DNA from: Octopus bimaculoides
Lineage: Eukaryota
Reading direction: 5' to 3'
Length of the DNA: 32,754 bases
NCBI RefSeq assembly: GCF_001194135.2
Contig: NC_068983.1
Span: 76,789,237-76,821,990 of the forward strand
The first letter of the stretch is position 1. Each line of letters opens with the position of its first letter. Position numbers and translations under genes: made by a program. Positions 22,091 to 32,754 of this stretch are shown in pieces. Below the pieces are notes generated by a model. The model was not told where the DNA came from and did no database searches. It saw nothing but the letters and a program-made list of their open reading frames with translations.

Positions 22091-22673
22091 GTGCGTGCAC
22101 ATACATGTTTCAGAATAAGGAAATCAGGTTTTTTTCATCAAAAAGGATGTGACGTCTAAGTATTTAATATGTACGTTTTAGATTATTCTGTGATATATAA
22201 TTAGAAAATACATGCCTCAAGCAAGACCGGCCTTTGTTATTACATTACAAAATATAAACAAACTGGTGGCATTATTCTATATATATCGCAAGGGCAGTTG
22301 AATTGAGCAACTAAGATAAGAGGTAGAATTTGTATAGAATTTGTAAGGGAAGAGAGAGATAGAAAGAGAGAGAGAGTGCATGTGAGTGTACGTGAAGAAT
22401 ATAAATCGACGGTAAAGGGAGAGACGAAAGGAAGGAGAATATATGAGCGGAGATGAAAGTTACTGGTTGTGTTAGTAGGTATGAGTAGAAAACATGACGG
22501 ACAATGGGAGACAGTATACATAATTGAAAATTTCAAGAAGAAGAATGTTAGGGATTTTAATTCTTCATCATTTAATTTATTCATCAACACTCTATCTATA
22601 ACGTTTAGTTCGTGGTTAATTTGGCATACATGTATGTTTGAATGCGTATAAGTTTGTATGTGTATTACATAGA

Positions 22674-22930
22674 TTGTGGTAAGAAGCTTGCTTCCCAACC
22701 CCATGATTCTGGGGTAAGTCCCACTGCGTGGCACCTTGGGCTAGTGTCTTCTACTATAGTCTCGAGCCGATCAAATTATTGTGAGTAGATTTGGTAGGCG
22801 GAAACTAAAAGAATCCTGTCGTATATATATATATATATATATATATATACGCACATGTATATATTTATGTATGTGTGAGTCGTTGACAACAGATGTTGGT
22901 GTCTTTACGTCACCGTATTTTAGCTGCTCG
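22674..22930 (+). mobile_element. tRNA-derived SINE, 5' two-thirds with an internal (TA)n
   Basis: GTGGTAAGAAGCTTGCTTCCCAACC...CCCACTGCGTGGCACCTTGGGC.AGTGTCTTCTACTATAG...GGAAACT.AAAGAA then (TA)n and GACAACAGATGTTGGTG. Confidence 0.8.
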
Positions 22931-24055
22931 GCACTTTGGACCCCCATGTGGTCGGTTACCCTCTGCTAACTCCCCCAAAAGGAAAAACTTAGGCATAGTG
23001 CTTTCCAGCATCCTGATAACATGCCCCACCCAATGCAGTTGACGTTCGAGGATCATGCATTTGATGCTGGTCAATTTTGCTCATCTCAGGTTCTCTGTAT
23101 GTGGGATCTTGTCCTTCCAGGTCAGAGGAAGAATGCACTGGAAACAGCGGATATGTAAGGATTCGAGAAATTGATATGACGACAATAAAGTGTCCAGGTT
23201 TCTGCGGGATACAGAAGCGTGGAAACCACAACAGCACGATAAACCTCGATTTCCATGGAGAGATTCAGATCATGATTAAAGAAGAGCCTATACTTGAGAC
23301 ATCCAAATGCGGAGGAGGCAAGGTGGATGCGATTCTGAATTTCTTGGTCAATGACCCCATTGCTTGAAATGATGCTCCCCAAATATGTGAATTTCTCGGT
23401 GTTCTTTAGCTGGTTGTCTTGGATCGAAAGAATCACAGGGGGTGAATCGTTTTTTGGAACGTTGAAGGATCTCTGTTTTCTTGGTGTTGACTTGGAGTCA
23501 AGCCCGTCGATGTGCGTTGCACATTACATCTAGGTTCTACTGACGGCTGTCTGGTTCGTGGGCGAGAGCTTCGCAGTCATCAGTATACTGTAATTCGAAG
23601 AGAATAGTAGACTGAGTCTTTGTTAGTGATTTTAGTCACCTCAAGTTGAATAGACTGCCATCATGGCGATATCGAATTGCGATGATATCGTCGGGGTTTG
23701 CTCCGTAGAGAGATAGTAAGGTCACAGTAACAAGGAACACATTGAAAAGGATAGGAGCCAGGTCATAGCCTTTTTTAACACCAACTTGAACGTTGAAGTA
23801 GTCAGACTTATCATCACCCAGTGTTACAGGTGCTTGCATGCCTTCAGGTAACTGGCGTAGTATCGCAAGAGGATCATGTCGATAGTGCTACTGATAGCTC
23901 TAAAACCACATTCAGACTCTGGGAAGATTCCTTCAACGAAGTGGCCCAGAATTCGAGAGAGCAAGACGCGTGCGAGGACATTTCCTGCAGCAACCAGGAG
24001 TGAAATACCTCTGCTGTTGTTGCAGTCTGAGCGATCTCCATTCTTCTTGTAGCCA
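22930..24055 (-). mobile_element. RTE-clade LINE, RT and post-RT fragment, decayed and truncated at both ends
   Basis: YKKNGDRSDCNNSRGISLLVAAGNVLARVLLSRI..PESECGFR..STIDMI; FNVQVGVKKGYDLAPILFNVF; RYRHDGSLFNLR; VNTKKTE; KFTYLGSIIS...EIQNRIHLASSAFG; VYRAVVVSTLLYPAETWTLY; FGELAEGNRPHGGPK. Confidence 0.92.
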
Positions 24056-24158
24056 GTGTTGAGGGATAAAGACTGAAATGAATAAACTAATAGAATATCA
24101 TAGGGTATTGAGAAGGAAAAACAGAAAAAGGAAGAAAAAAGACAAACGCATATATATA

Positions 24159-24491
24159 NNNNNNNNNNNNNNNNNNNNNNNNNNNNNNNNNNNNNNNNNN
24201 NNNNNNNNNNNNNNNNNNNNNNNNNNNNNNNNNNNNNNNNNNNNNNNNNNNNNNNNNNNNNNNNNNNNNNNNNNNNNNNNNNNNNNNNNNNNNNNNNNNN
24301 NNNNNNNNNNNNNNNNNNNNNNNNNNNNNNNNNNNNNNNNNNNNNNNNNNNNNNNNNNNNNNNNNNNNNNNNNNNNNNNNNNNNNNNNNNNNNNNNNNNN
24401 NNNNNNNNNNNNNNNNNNNNNNNNNNNNNNNNNNNNNNNNNNNNNNNNNNNNNNNNNNNNNNNNNNNNNNNNNNNNNNNNNNNNNNNNNNN
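24159..24491. other. assembly gap (N run)
   Basis: N run flanked by (TA)n; ORFs crossing it are artefacts. Confidence 0.99.
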
Positions 24492-24554
<63 letters not shown>

Positions 24555-24597
24555 CTGTATGTGTGTGTGTATGCATGTGTGTGTGTTTCTGAGTGTG

Positions 24598-24628
<31 letters not shown>

Positions 24629-25149
24629 CGCCAGATTGACGGGCGCATGTATTTCGGAGTAGCTATCTTCATTCAACATCTGACACTGCAAGCCAGAGGC
24701 GCAACGGACTCTCTTAGTATAGATTTTCCTATTATATTTCAGTCAGTGTACTGCTACCAAAGTATGCAAACAGACACACAAACACATATATGTTTATATG
24801 TCAGTGCATTTGTGTGTTTTTGAACGTAATTATGATGTGTAAATCAATAAGCAGTGGCCGATACGTTCTCTCTCCTATTTGTGACTATTTTAATTTACAA
24901 CATCCTATGTCACATGCACACCTATTTACTAAATAGAAACCTTTGGGTTAATTAACGAACGAATTATTCTGATCGAAATTATTGACTAATAACCTTGAGC
25001 TATTGAGTTCCAACTTCGCTTCAACATTTGTAGCCTGTAAATTAATATGTAGGAAATAATATAATAATTACAGAATTCAGTATAACTTTTACTTTATGAG
25101 CTGGATACATAAAAAATATTTACATTATACCAAATAAAAAAAAAAAATC

Positions 25150-25460
25150 AATGTAAAATCTTTATACAAGGCAGCATTTCCATTTGACCTAAAAAGTAGC
25201 CATTTCTCCCATAAAATACACAATGCCTTTCGAACAAAATGTTGGCCAATGTACAATCTGTAGGGTTCTCTTTTGTACTCAAGTTAGGTAGACTCCACAG
25301 GGTAGAATCCATAGGGTATAACTTTTTTGGTGAAATACGCCCACCAGAATGTTCAAGTTGTTTGGCGAAAAACGCCACACAGAATTTTATTCAAAAAAAT
25401 TCTCAAAAGTATTCTCAGTCCACCGTTATGGCGACTCGAACACGCCTACCAATAACGATG
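25150..25460 (-). mobile_element. possible decayed Tc1/mariner-type transposase fragment
   Basis: Minus frame GRISP..LYPMDSTLWSL..KENPT..LANI loosely follows the GRLIS..SPDLxPxDxxLWGxL..NP..L..NI pattern. The catalytic SPDL motif is not preserved. Confidence 0.3.
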
Positions 25461-26588
25461 AACGAAGAACACACTATTGTTGCTCGCTAAAGCGAGCAAC
25501 AATTTAAAGTCATTAAGAGTAGTCAAAATTGCCCCAGAGCTAGGCAACAATTTACTGAACAAAGAAAATACACAATAAATTCCCTCCCAGCTCGAAGAAC
25601 AAAAGTCGCCCACTTTAACGCCTTTCTGTTATTCCTTTTTTCTTTCACTTGACGGAGCTAAAAGCTCACGTCTTTTCACTTTAGAAGCAACAAACCAACT
25701 CACAACGCATGCTAAGCTCAAAGTTCACAACAACCTTAGTAATTTCAAACAACAACCTTAGTAATTTCAATTACATTTCTTTTTCTCAATGGACTACATA
25801 TATTCAATCCGTATATTGAGTATAAATATTCGTTAAAGGTTGGAAATAAAAACTCAACATCATGGTTAGTTGTACTATTAAGATAATAGATTTAATTACG
25901 TTACAATTGATCATAGTTCAATATTCATCAAGTACTTTGTGTGAAAGCATTGACGGAGAGAAATATAAGCCATATATTAACCACTTGAAGAGTTACTTTA
26001 GTGGAGAATAAATTCTAAACTGTATAGATAGAGAATTTAAAACGAAATACTCCAGTGGTATGTGCATTGGCAGCTTGAAAATTGATAATTCATTGTATAT
26101 GTTAAGTTGCTGCTATTGATATTGAAAATGTAAAAAATATAGGGAGCAACATAAATTAATATAAAGTTTTATTAACTGAACAACACAATTGTTTTTTATC
26201 TATTCACTCTTTATAGTACGAAGAATATATGAATGGGATAAATGATAATATAGCAGAAATAAGACGTACTTTTTACTCTAGTATAATATGACGTAATTTT
26301 TACTCTAGTATCATTATCGAAAGTGATATGCAGATAATTCACTAAACTCAAAACCAAGATAACATTTGGACAGATAGATAGCATTAAAGATATATATCTT
26401 TAATGCTCCTCATTACAACCTAAATCTGAGTTTCAATTTGCTTTTGATGTTTTGTTTTTACAAATTTTAATGTAGCATCCAATGTATCACGAATTTATAC
26501 CTACACGTGTAAAATCTTACTCCTCAACGTTCAAACAATCACAGCCCTTGTGCACACGTTATTTATATAGCAAATACCTTAAAATATG

Positions 26589-26950
26589 TGGAGACGCAAT
26601 GGCCCATCGGTTAGGGCAGCGGACTCGCGGTCATAGAATCGCGGTTTCGATTCCCAGACCGGGCATTGTGAGTGTTAATTCAGCGAAAACACCTGAAGCT
26701 TCACGAGGCTCCGGGAGGGGATGGTGGCGAACCCTGCTCTACTCTGTCACCACAACTTTCTCTCACTCTTACTTCCTGTTTCTGTTGTGCCTGTAATTCA
26801 AAGGGTCAGCCTTGTCACACGTTAAGGGTACACGTGTCTGTGGAGTGCTCAGCCACTTGCACGTTAATTTCACGAGCAGGCTGTTCTGTTGATCGGATCA
26901 ACTGGAACTCTCGACGTCGTAAACGATGGAGTACGAACAACAACAATAGC
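26589..26950 (+). mobile_element. near full-length tRNA-derived SINE
   Basis: A box TGGCCCATCGG (26600-26610), B box GGTTTCGATTCCC (26643-26655), ~360-bp body, short (ACA)n tail. Resembles the tRNA-derived SINEs described for octopus. Confidence 0.88.
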
Positions 26951-27944
26951 GTTCAATATATCCATCACGTTTAAGTACTCAATCAGTTACTTCATTTTAT
27001 ACGTATATCCCCACCTTAGCTTCATTGCTGTTGTTTTTCTCTCTTTAAGCTTACTAAACATTTGCCAGTATTTTGGACATCATTTTCCTGTTATTTGATT
27101 ACATTGCTGAGATGTCTGATTTGATTCTATCTAAATACTGAGTGCATTTTACTTCTCTTTCTACACTTTCTCAAAGATATAATCTCACCTGCATAAAATA
27201 TGTGTTATCTGTCATACATAAACCGTTGTTTTCTTTATCGTTCCAAAGTTCAAGAATGTCTTTCGTACGCAGGTTTTTCGAGACTCGCAACAATTTACTG
27301 ATTATTAAGTGTAGGAAAGTACCGATCTTGGTGTTCTGTACCCATGGAAACAAGTTTTTGTTTAAACGTTAACTATGAGTTTCATATGCTGGGAAAGAGC
27401 TTCATGATTTTCGAGAAATGAAGCAATGGTGATATCGTATCATAGTTATGTGACACGAACTTCCATCACATGCATACATATTGTTTCCACTTAAACGTAT
27501 ATATCTACATACAATGGCTTGAGGAAATACACACATTAAGCACAATAAAATCAAGTGGATGTCAAACTATTCGAAAATCTAAATAACGAATATGAAAATG
27601 GCTCTCATTTTTTGGAAACATATAGGTATTATAATATATGAAACGCTAATAAATTAGCATATAAAATAAATGGACTATTTCATTGTATATCATTTAAGCA
27701 ACAGATATTTAATGCCTACAAATATTTCCCTAACAGTTATTACAACAATTAAGGAGGAACCATTTCACCTTCTTCCATTAAACAAATAATTGGCACCATC
27801 TTTCTCCCAAAAAATTTAACATTATCTTCAATCAATAATGCATCTGTGAGAGACTATTCAAAAAAATGTTCATATTTTAAATAGAAAAAATGGGAAATGA
27901 AACAACTAAATCATCATACTTCATACAGGAAAAAATTGATATCG

Positions 27945-28036
27945 GGATATGTATATATGTATGCATGAATGTATGTATATATGTATACACACACAGCCAC
28001 ACAGAGAGACACACACATATACATATATACATACAT

Positions 28037-28110
<74 letters not shown>

Positions 28111-28250
28111 GTATATATATATATATATTTATATATATGCGTACATACGTGTGTGTATATAAATATATACACAAATATACATACGTGCATATACATACAT
28201 ACATGCATATGTATATATATATATCCATACAAACATATATATGTGTGTGT
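27945..28250. repeat. compound (TA)n/(CA)n microsatellite
   Basis: Directly visible. Confidence 0.95.
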
Positions 28251-28415
28251 GCTTCTGAGTGTAAGCGTCTACTTGATAATGATAGAAATATTATTTGGAA
28301 ATTATATATATTATTTTTTAAATCTATAAAATCTATCCAGCTCTCCACTATTTGTATTATGTCCATAATTGGTTTGAATAAAGTTAATTATTCCCTTGAA
28401 ATATTCTTATTATAT

Positions 28416-28612
28416 GGTGAGCTGTCAGAATCGTTGGGTATGCTGGCAGAGACGCCGGGCAAAATGCTTCGCGGCATTTCGTCCATCTTTTGCTGCTCCT
28501 ACTTTCGGGTTCACTGAATTAGGTACTAGTCAAAGAGTGGGATCGATATAATCGACCGACTGGTCCCCAACCTCATAATTTTGAGCCTTGTACCTTTAGT
28601 AAACAGAATTTT
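28416..28612 (+). mobile_element. SINE (GGYGAGCTGGCAGAA family) with rearranged head, followed by a degenerate (ATT)n tail to ~28700
   Basis: GGTGAGCTGTCAGAATCGTT...ACGCCGGGCAAAATGCTT.GCGGCATTTCGTC...GATCGAT.TAATCGAC...GCCTTGT.CCT.TAGTA then ATT repeats. Confidence 0.8.
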
Positions 28613-28974
28613 TATTATTATTAGTATTATTATCCTCATCAATATTGTTATTATAATTTTTATTGTTGTTTTTCTATTTTTATTATTATTGTATTTTTTA
28701 ACGGTAGCTGAACTTGTTTCAGGAGCTCGGTACTTTTGGCTCACATTCTTTTCAGAGGCATGTATTTGTTAATTTTATAGTTAAACCAACGAAAACCGTA
28801 ATGGGCTAGCTGACTACTCATTTTATTATTCGCTTTACAGTGCAAAACACTAACAAGGATGTTTTAAATATCAAAACAATCTTTCTAAAATGGCCCTCAC
28901 ACTGCTGTTTTTCCCTTGCAAGCTAACAGTATAGCAGGCTGGTAGGGGCTTTGCGGCTGAGACTGCTGTTTTGG

Positions 28975-29345
28975 CAGCTTCCATTACATGACACAACAGC
29001 AGTACTATAGCAGCGGCATCAGTAGCATGGACAAGTGTGATAATAGCACTAACCACAACAGCAAAAATAACTACACCAACTGCACAAACGATAGCAACAA
29101 CAACAGCAGTAACAGAAACGCTAACAGCAGTGTCGATGTGTCCAAAAGAATGCCAAAATCATTCCGCGCCAGAGGACATTATTGCCACAGCTTTCCGCCT
29201 AGTTTCAACAAACTTTAACGGCAATAATGAAGAGTTTGTCATCACACCAGTTACACATAATAATGGGAGCATCTATAACAAATAAGATAACAGCAAGAAC
29301 GGCTGTAGAAACAACTGCCAAGACAAAAACGTAATGTCATCAATA
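28975..29345. repeat. degenerate (CAA/CAG/AAT) low-complexity tract
   Basis: Trinucleotide-periodic A/C-rich sequence giving N/T/S-rich pseudo-ORFs in several frames. Confidence 0.6.
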
Positions 29346-29515
29346 AACATGTGATGTTGAAACAAATGCATCAACTCTTGTAATCCGTAGGTATATACAA
29401 AGAGACGAAATGTACTGCGACAGATTTCAAACACTCATTCTTAAAATATCACTAAACGGATTTTTGTTGAGGAAGTTGAAGGAGATTAACTGTCCTATTT
29501 TACCTAAATAACGAG

Positions 29516-29906
29516 AGTGTATACATTGACAGACGAGGCAAGACTTTTAGAAGGTAGGCGAAGTAGTATTCCGGGATAAGTTTACTGTATCACCTGCTCT
29601 TTTACACTAGATTTATGAAATTTCACTTTTTTGCACCCCGAAATTATTAATGTAACAGATCTTTTTGCATCAGCATGTGACTCGAAATAGAGTTGGACAT
29701 TAGGGCGCTTGTTTAACGCTCTTATGTAACAGGATTTAGATGTGTAGTTTAATGCATAATATTTAGAAAATTACGTCGTGCGTACATTTTTCGACCGGCC
29801 AGGACTGAGTGTGTATAAGTGTTGTTTTCGAAAGCCTGAATCTGATCAGGAAGCGAAGATTTCTAGAACCCAATGGGAATTCAATGATCCAGAACAACAT
29901 ATATAG
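29516..29906 (+). CDS. candidate last two coding exons (29516-29553 and 29767-29906) of an unidentified gene
   Basis: Donor AAG|GTAGGC at 29554 and acceptor TATTTAG| at 29766 are phase-compatible and give VYTLTDEARLLEENYVVRTFFDRPGLSVYKCCFRKPESDQEAKISRTQWEFNDPEQHI*. No family recognised. Confidence 0.3.
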
Positions 29907-32274
29907 CGGCAGTGATTATTTTCGAGTAATAACAATTTTCCCCTTAAACAGAACAAAACGGCCAGAATTTGTTATACTTGTAGATATGTTGTTTGCAATA
30001 GGGCAGCCATTAGCGCTTGCTAACAAACGTTCGCTACGGCTGTATTGGAATATGTGATAAATTAGTGACTTACTCAAGCCTTACAATCTTATGATATATA
30101 TTTGCCTATGTTAGAAACGCTCATCTACAATAGTGGATTGGCAGAATCATTGGGATGCCCTACAAAATCATTACCGGTATTTGCCCCAGCTCTTTCCGCT
30201 CTCATTTCAAGAACACGCTACACCCCTGTCAAATTTGTTGTACATATTTTCTGGTCGAGATATAAAATACTAGATAGTGCTGGGAGAGATTTTATTGGCA
30301 AAAAGCCCTTCAAAATTTATGATATCGTCGCCATGTTAGAACAAAATTATAACTGTTCGTGTTTTCAACATCTACAAGTGAATTCTTCTTGTAGTGTCAG
30401 GTGAAACATGCATTGTAAAAATGCATATACTATTGGCATTTAGGCGGAGAGAAAAGATGGAGGTAATTATGTTCAATAAGACAGCTGGTTTATAGGGATT
30501 TGCTCCATTGTTTCTCGTGTCATTTTAGACATCCATATATTTGATGTTTCAAATATATATTAATATGTGGTAATGCTGTTGAAAATGTTCTGTTACATTG
30601 CGTTATGGAATTAGACAGTGTCAGTGTTGTGTGCTGCGTAATGGTGTTATATGCTACGTGCAAGGTAATAGACAACAGTTTGTCGGTGGTGTATTCGATT
30701 TAATGTACGTTGTTTAGAAGGCAAATGTTTAAGATTGAGTGAAGAGTAGAAATCGTTGGTTTACGTGTGTATTTCATTTTTGTTTAATGTTCATTCTCTC
30801 ATTATAAGTTCCAGAGAAGAGATTTATATTCCTACCTTTAAACTTAAAGATCTGTATCCAATTTATTTCTGTTTCAGAACACTTTTTTGTTTTTTACTTT
30901 CGTGCCATTTTGATTTTTTCGCAGTAATAATTCTTGATGGAAGAAATGTCATGTCACTGAGACCTCCGAACTCTCAAATAGGTGTTCGATATATTACTGC
31001 CATAGTCCTGCCATCACATTTACTCAGTGAATAATCAGTTACATCTGTTTTCTATTTGTTGCAATTAATAGAATAGATTACAACATACTCTGTACCTCTT
31101 TTTACTTCTCTTCTTGAATCTTCTCTGATCACTATTTTATATAAACTATTTCACCACTAGATGTAACTTATTTTTATCGACAAAGCGCAATTTATGTTCC
31201 AATAATCAACGCTTTTCTGATATCTAATTTATTCTCTCTAATAAAAAGCAATGCTCTCAGATCTTTTACTTTCAACATATAATTCAAACTGAAAATATCT
31301 ATCAGAGAGGTCATTGGTAGATTATTCTCTTTCAGACTATTTTGACGTCCTTTATTTCCTATTCATTTCCCACAGCCAGATAAAGTTAACTCTTCTGAGG
31401 AATTATTTACCTAAAAGATTATATATTTATTGCAGAAAATAGTTTTATTCCAAATAAATATAGCAGTGTCTTAAATTTCACTTCAAATTTTGAATAATAT
31501 TCTCGTGTTGACTGCAAGCAAGAATTGCTCATCCAATGTTGATATTGAATTCAGAATATAAGATTTTATGGACAAGAAATACATTAAAAACTATAAACAT
31601 GCTATGCGACGGCTACTGATTTTATTGAACCTCAAACCATGCAAATTTGATGCTGATAGGTTTTGTATTAAGAAGGAAGGATAATGAAATCATACATTCT
31701 AAGGCAAATTCTCATAAATCAAAGTAAGATAGGATACACTTTAAATGATGTGGACAAGTCCCATGTCCATTTCTCCCTACATTTTGTCGGCATGTAGAAA
31801 GCATACGCATTGAAAACATTCACAAAAGGGTCAGTTACAGGACAGGAATCGCACAATTTCTAGAATGTGTTCTGGGACACAGTGATACAGTAAAAATTGT
31901 TGAAAGAAGGAAGGACAAATCAGTCAGGTGGTTCTCAGTGCATCTGTGATTCAATTCAGCATTTCAGAGGAGCTGGTACTATTGAAGTAGTGACAGAATA
32001 GTTAGGGACATGAACATGTTTTATCTGATTGTAACATGTTTGTGAAAGTATATTTTTAAAACAGTCAAAGTGACAGTCATCATTTCAATGCACCCTAAAC
32101 AGATCTTGTGTTACATTAGTAACACACTTGTTTAATCTCGAATTTCTATACTCATAATTAAATCAAAATATCTTTAATCAAATCAATATTAAATTAATAT
32201 TACTTCCGTTGTCGTTATGTGGAAGTTTAATTTAACAAAATAATATTATTATCAAATTATCTTACTGCTTTTAT

Positions 32275-32500
32275 TTCCTGCTTCTTTTATTCACTGAACT
32301 AGCACATCGTCTTGAAGAGCTTCGTCGAACAAATCAACCCTGGTAATTGCATTCTTTACTTCTGGTACTCATTCCATCGTGGTTTTGCTGAACCATAAGA
32401 GTTTTGGATATAAACAAAACAACATTGGCTGCAAAGCGATGTAGAGTTTGAGACAAACACATACACAAAGACACGCAGAAACACACACACTCAAACACAC
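32275..32500 (-). mobile_element. diverged SINE 3' part
   Basis: GTCGAACAAATCAACCC...TGGTACTCATTCCATCG...GAGACAAACACATACACAAAGACAC; homologous to 21855-22090. Confidence 0.7.
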
Positions 32501-32637
32501 ACACATATATACATATGTACATACATTCATAAATGTATACAAACATAAATATAATGCATATATACATATACCCTCATAATATGTATATGTGTGTGTATGT
32601 ATATAAATATATCTATATTTATATAAATATGTGTTAT

Positions 32638-32669
<32 letters not shown>

Positions 32670-32681
32670 AATATGTGTTAT

Positions 32682-32719
<38 letters not shown>

Positions 32720-32754
32720 TAAATATGTGTTTTATATATATATATATATATATA
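32500..32754. repeat. (TA)n-rich tract with a recurring ATAAATATGTGTT unit
   Basis: Unit seen three times, separated by TA runs. Confidence 0.85.

Noticed and set aside
26589-26665. tRNA gene
   Set aside because: A and B boxes are present but there is no closed cloverleaf, and the sequence continues into a SINE body.
28988-29285. N/T/S-rich ORFs as a low-complexity protein
   Set aside because: Several frames and both strands are similarly open because of degenerate trinucleotide periodicity.
30102-30404. 100-aa ORF as a gene
   Set aside because: Non-ATG start, no recognisable motif, and an alternative frame is about as plausible.

Overview
AT-rich, microsatellite-dense eukaryotic DNA with four scaffold gaps. 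The tRNA-derived SINE families and the (TA)n/(CA)n/(AAT)n/(TCTA)n landscape look like an octopus (cephalopod) genome; this is pattern recognition, not a database hit. No intact host gene can be supported, only weak candidate exons. The window is mostly decayed retroelements: a CRE-clade RLE fragment (2919-3815, -), an R4/Dong-clade element inside a (TAA)n tract (6441-8708, +), a second R4-clade 3' half with zinc knuckle and RLE (9785-11000, -), an RTE-clade LINE (22930-24055, -) and about eight SINE copies. The most notable locus is 14996-17702: two adjacent fold-back Penelope-like (PLE) structures beside (TAA)n tracts. The large one is a 5'-truncated RT-thumb plus GIY-YIG copy with an ~830-bp inverted duplicate. 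The small one (~600 bp) has two 136-bp inverted arms of ~97% identity around a short leader ORF ending in a 2A/StopGo-like motif (DPSVEPNPGP). The PLE tails carry a minimal type I hammerhead-ribozyme-like fold with a U3:A8 compensatory core. Most supplied ORFs are artefacts of N gaps, microsatellites or antisense TE frames.
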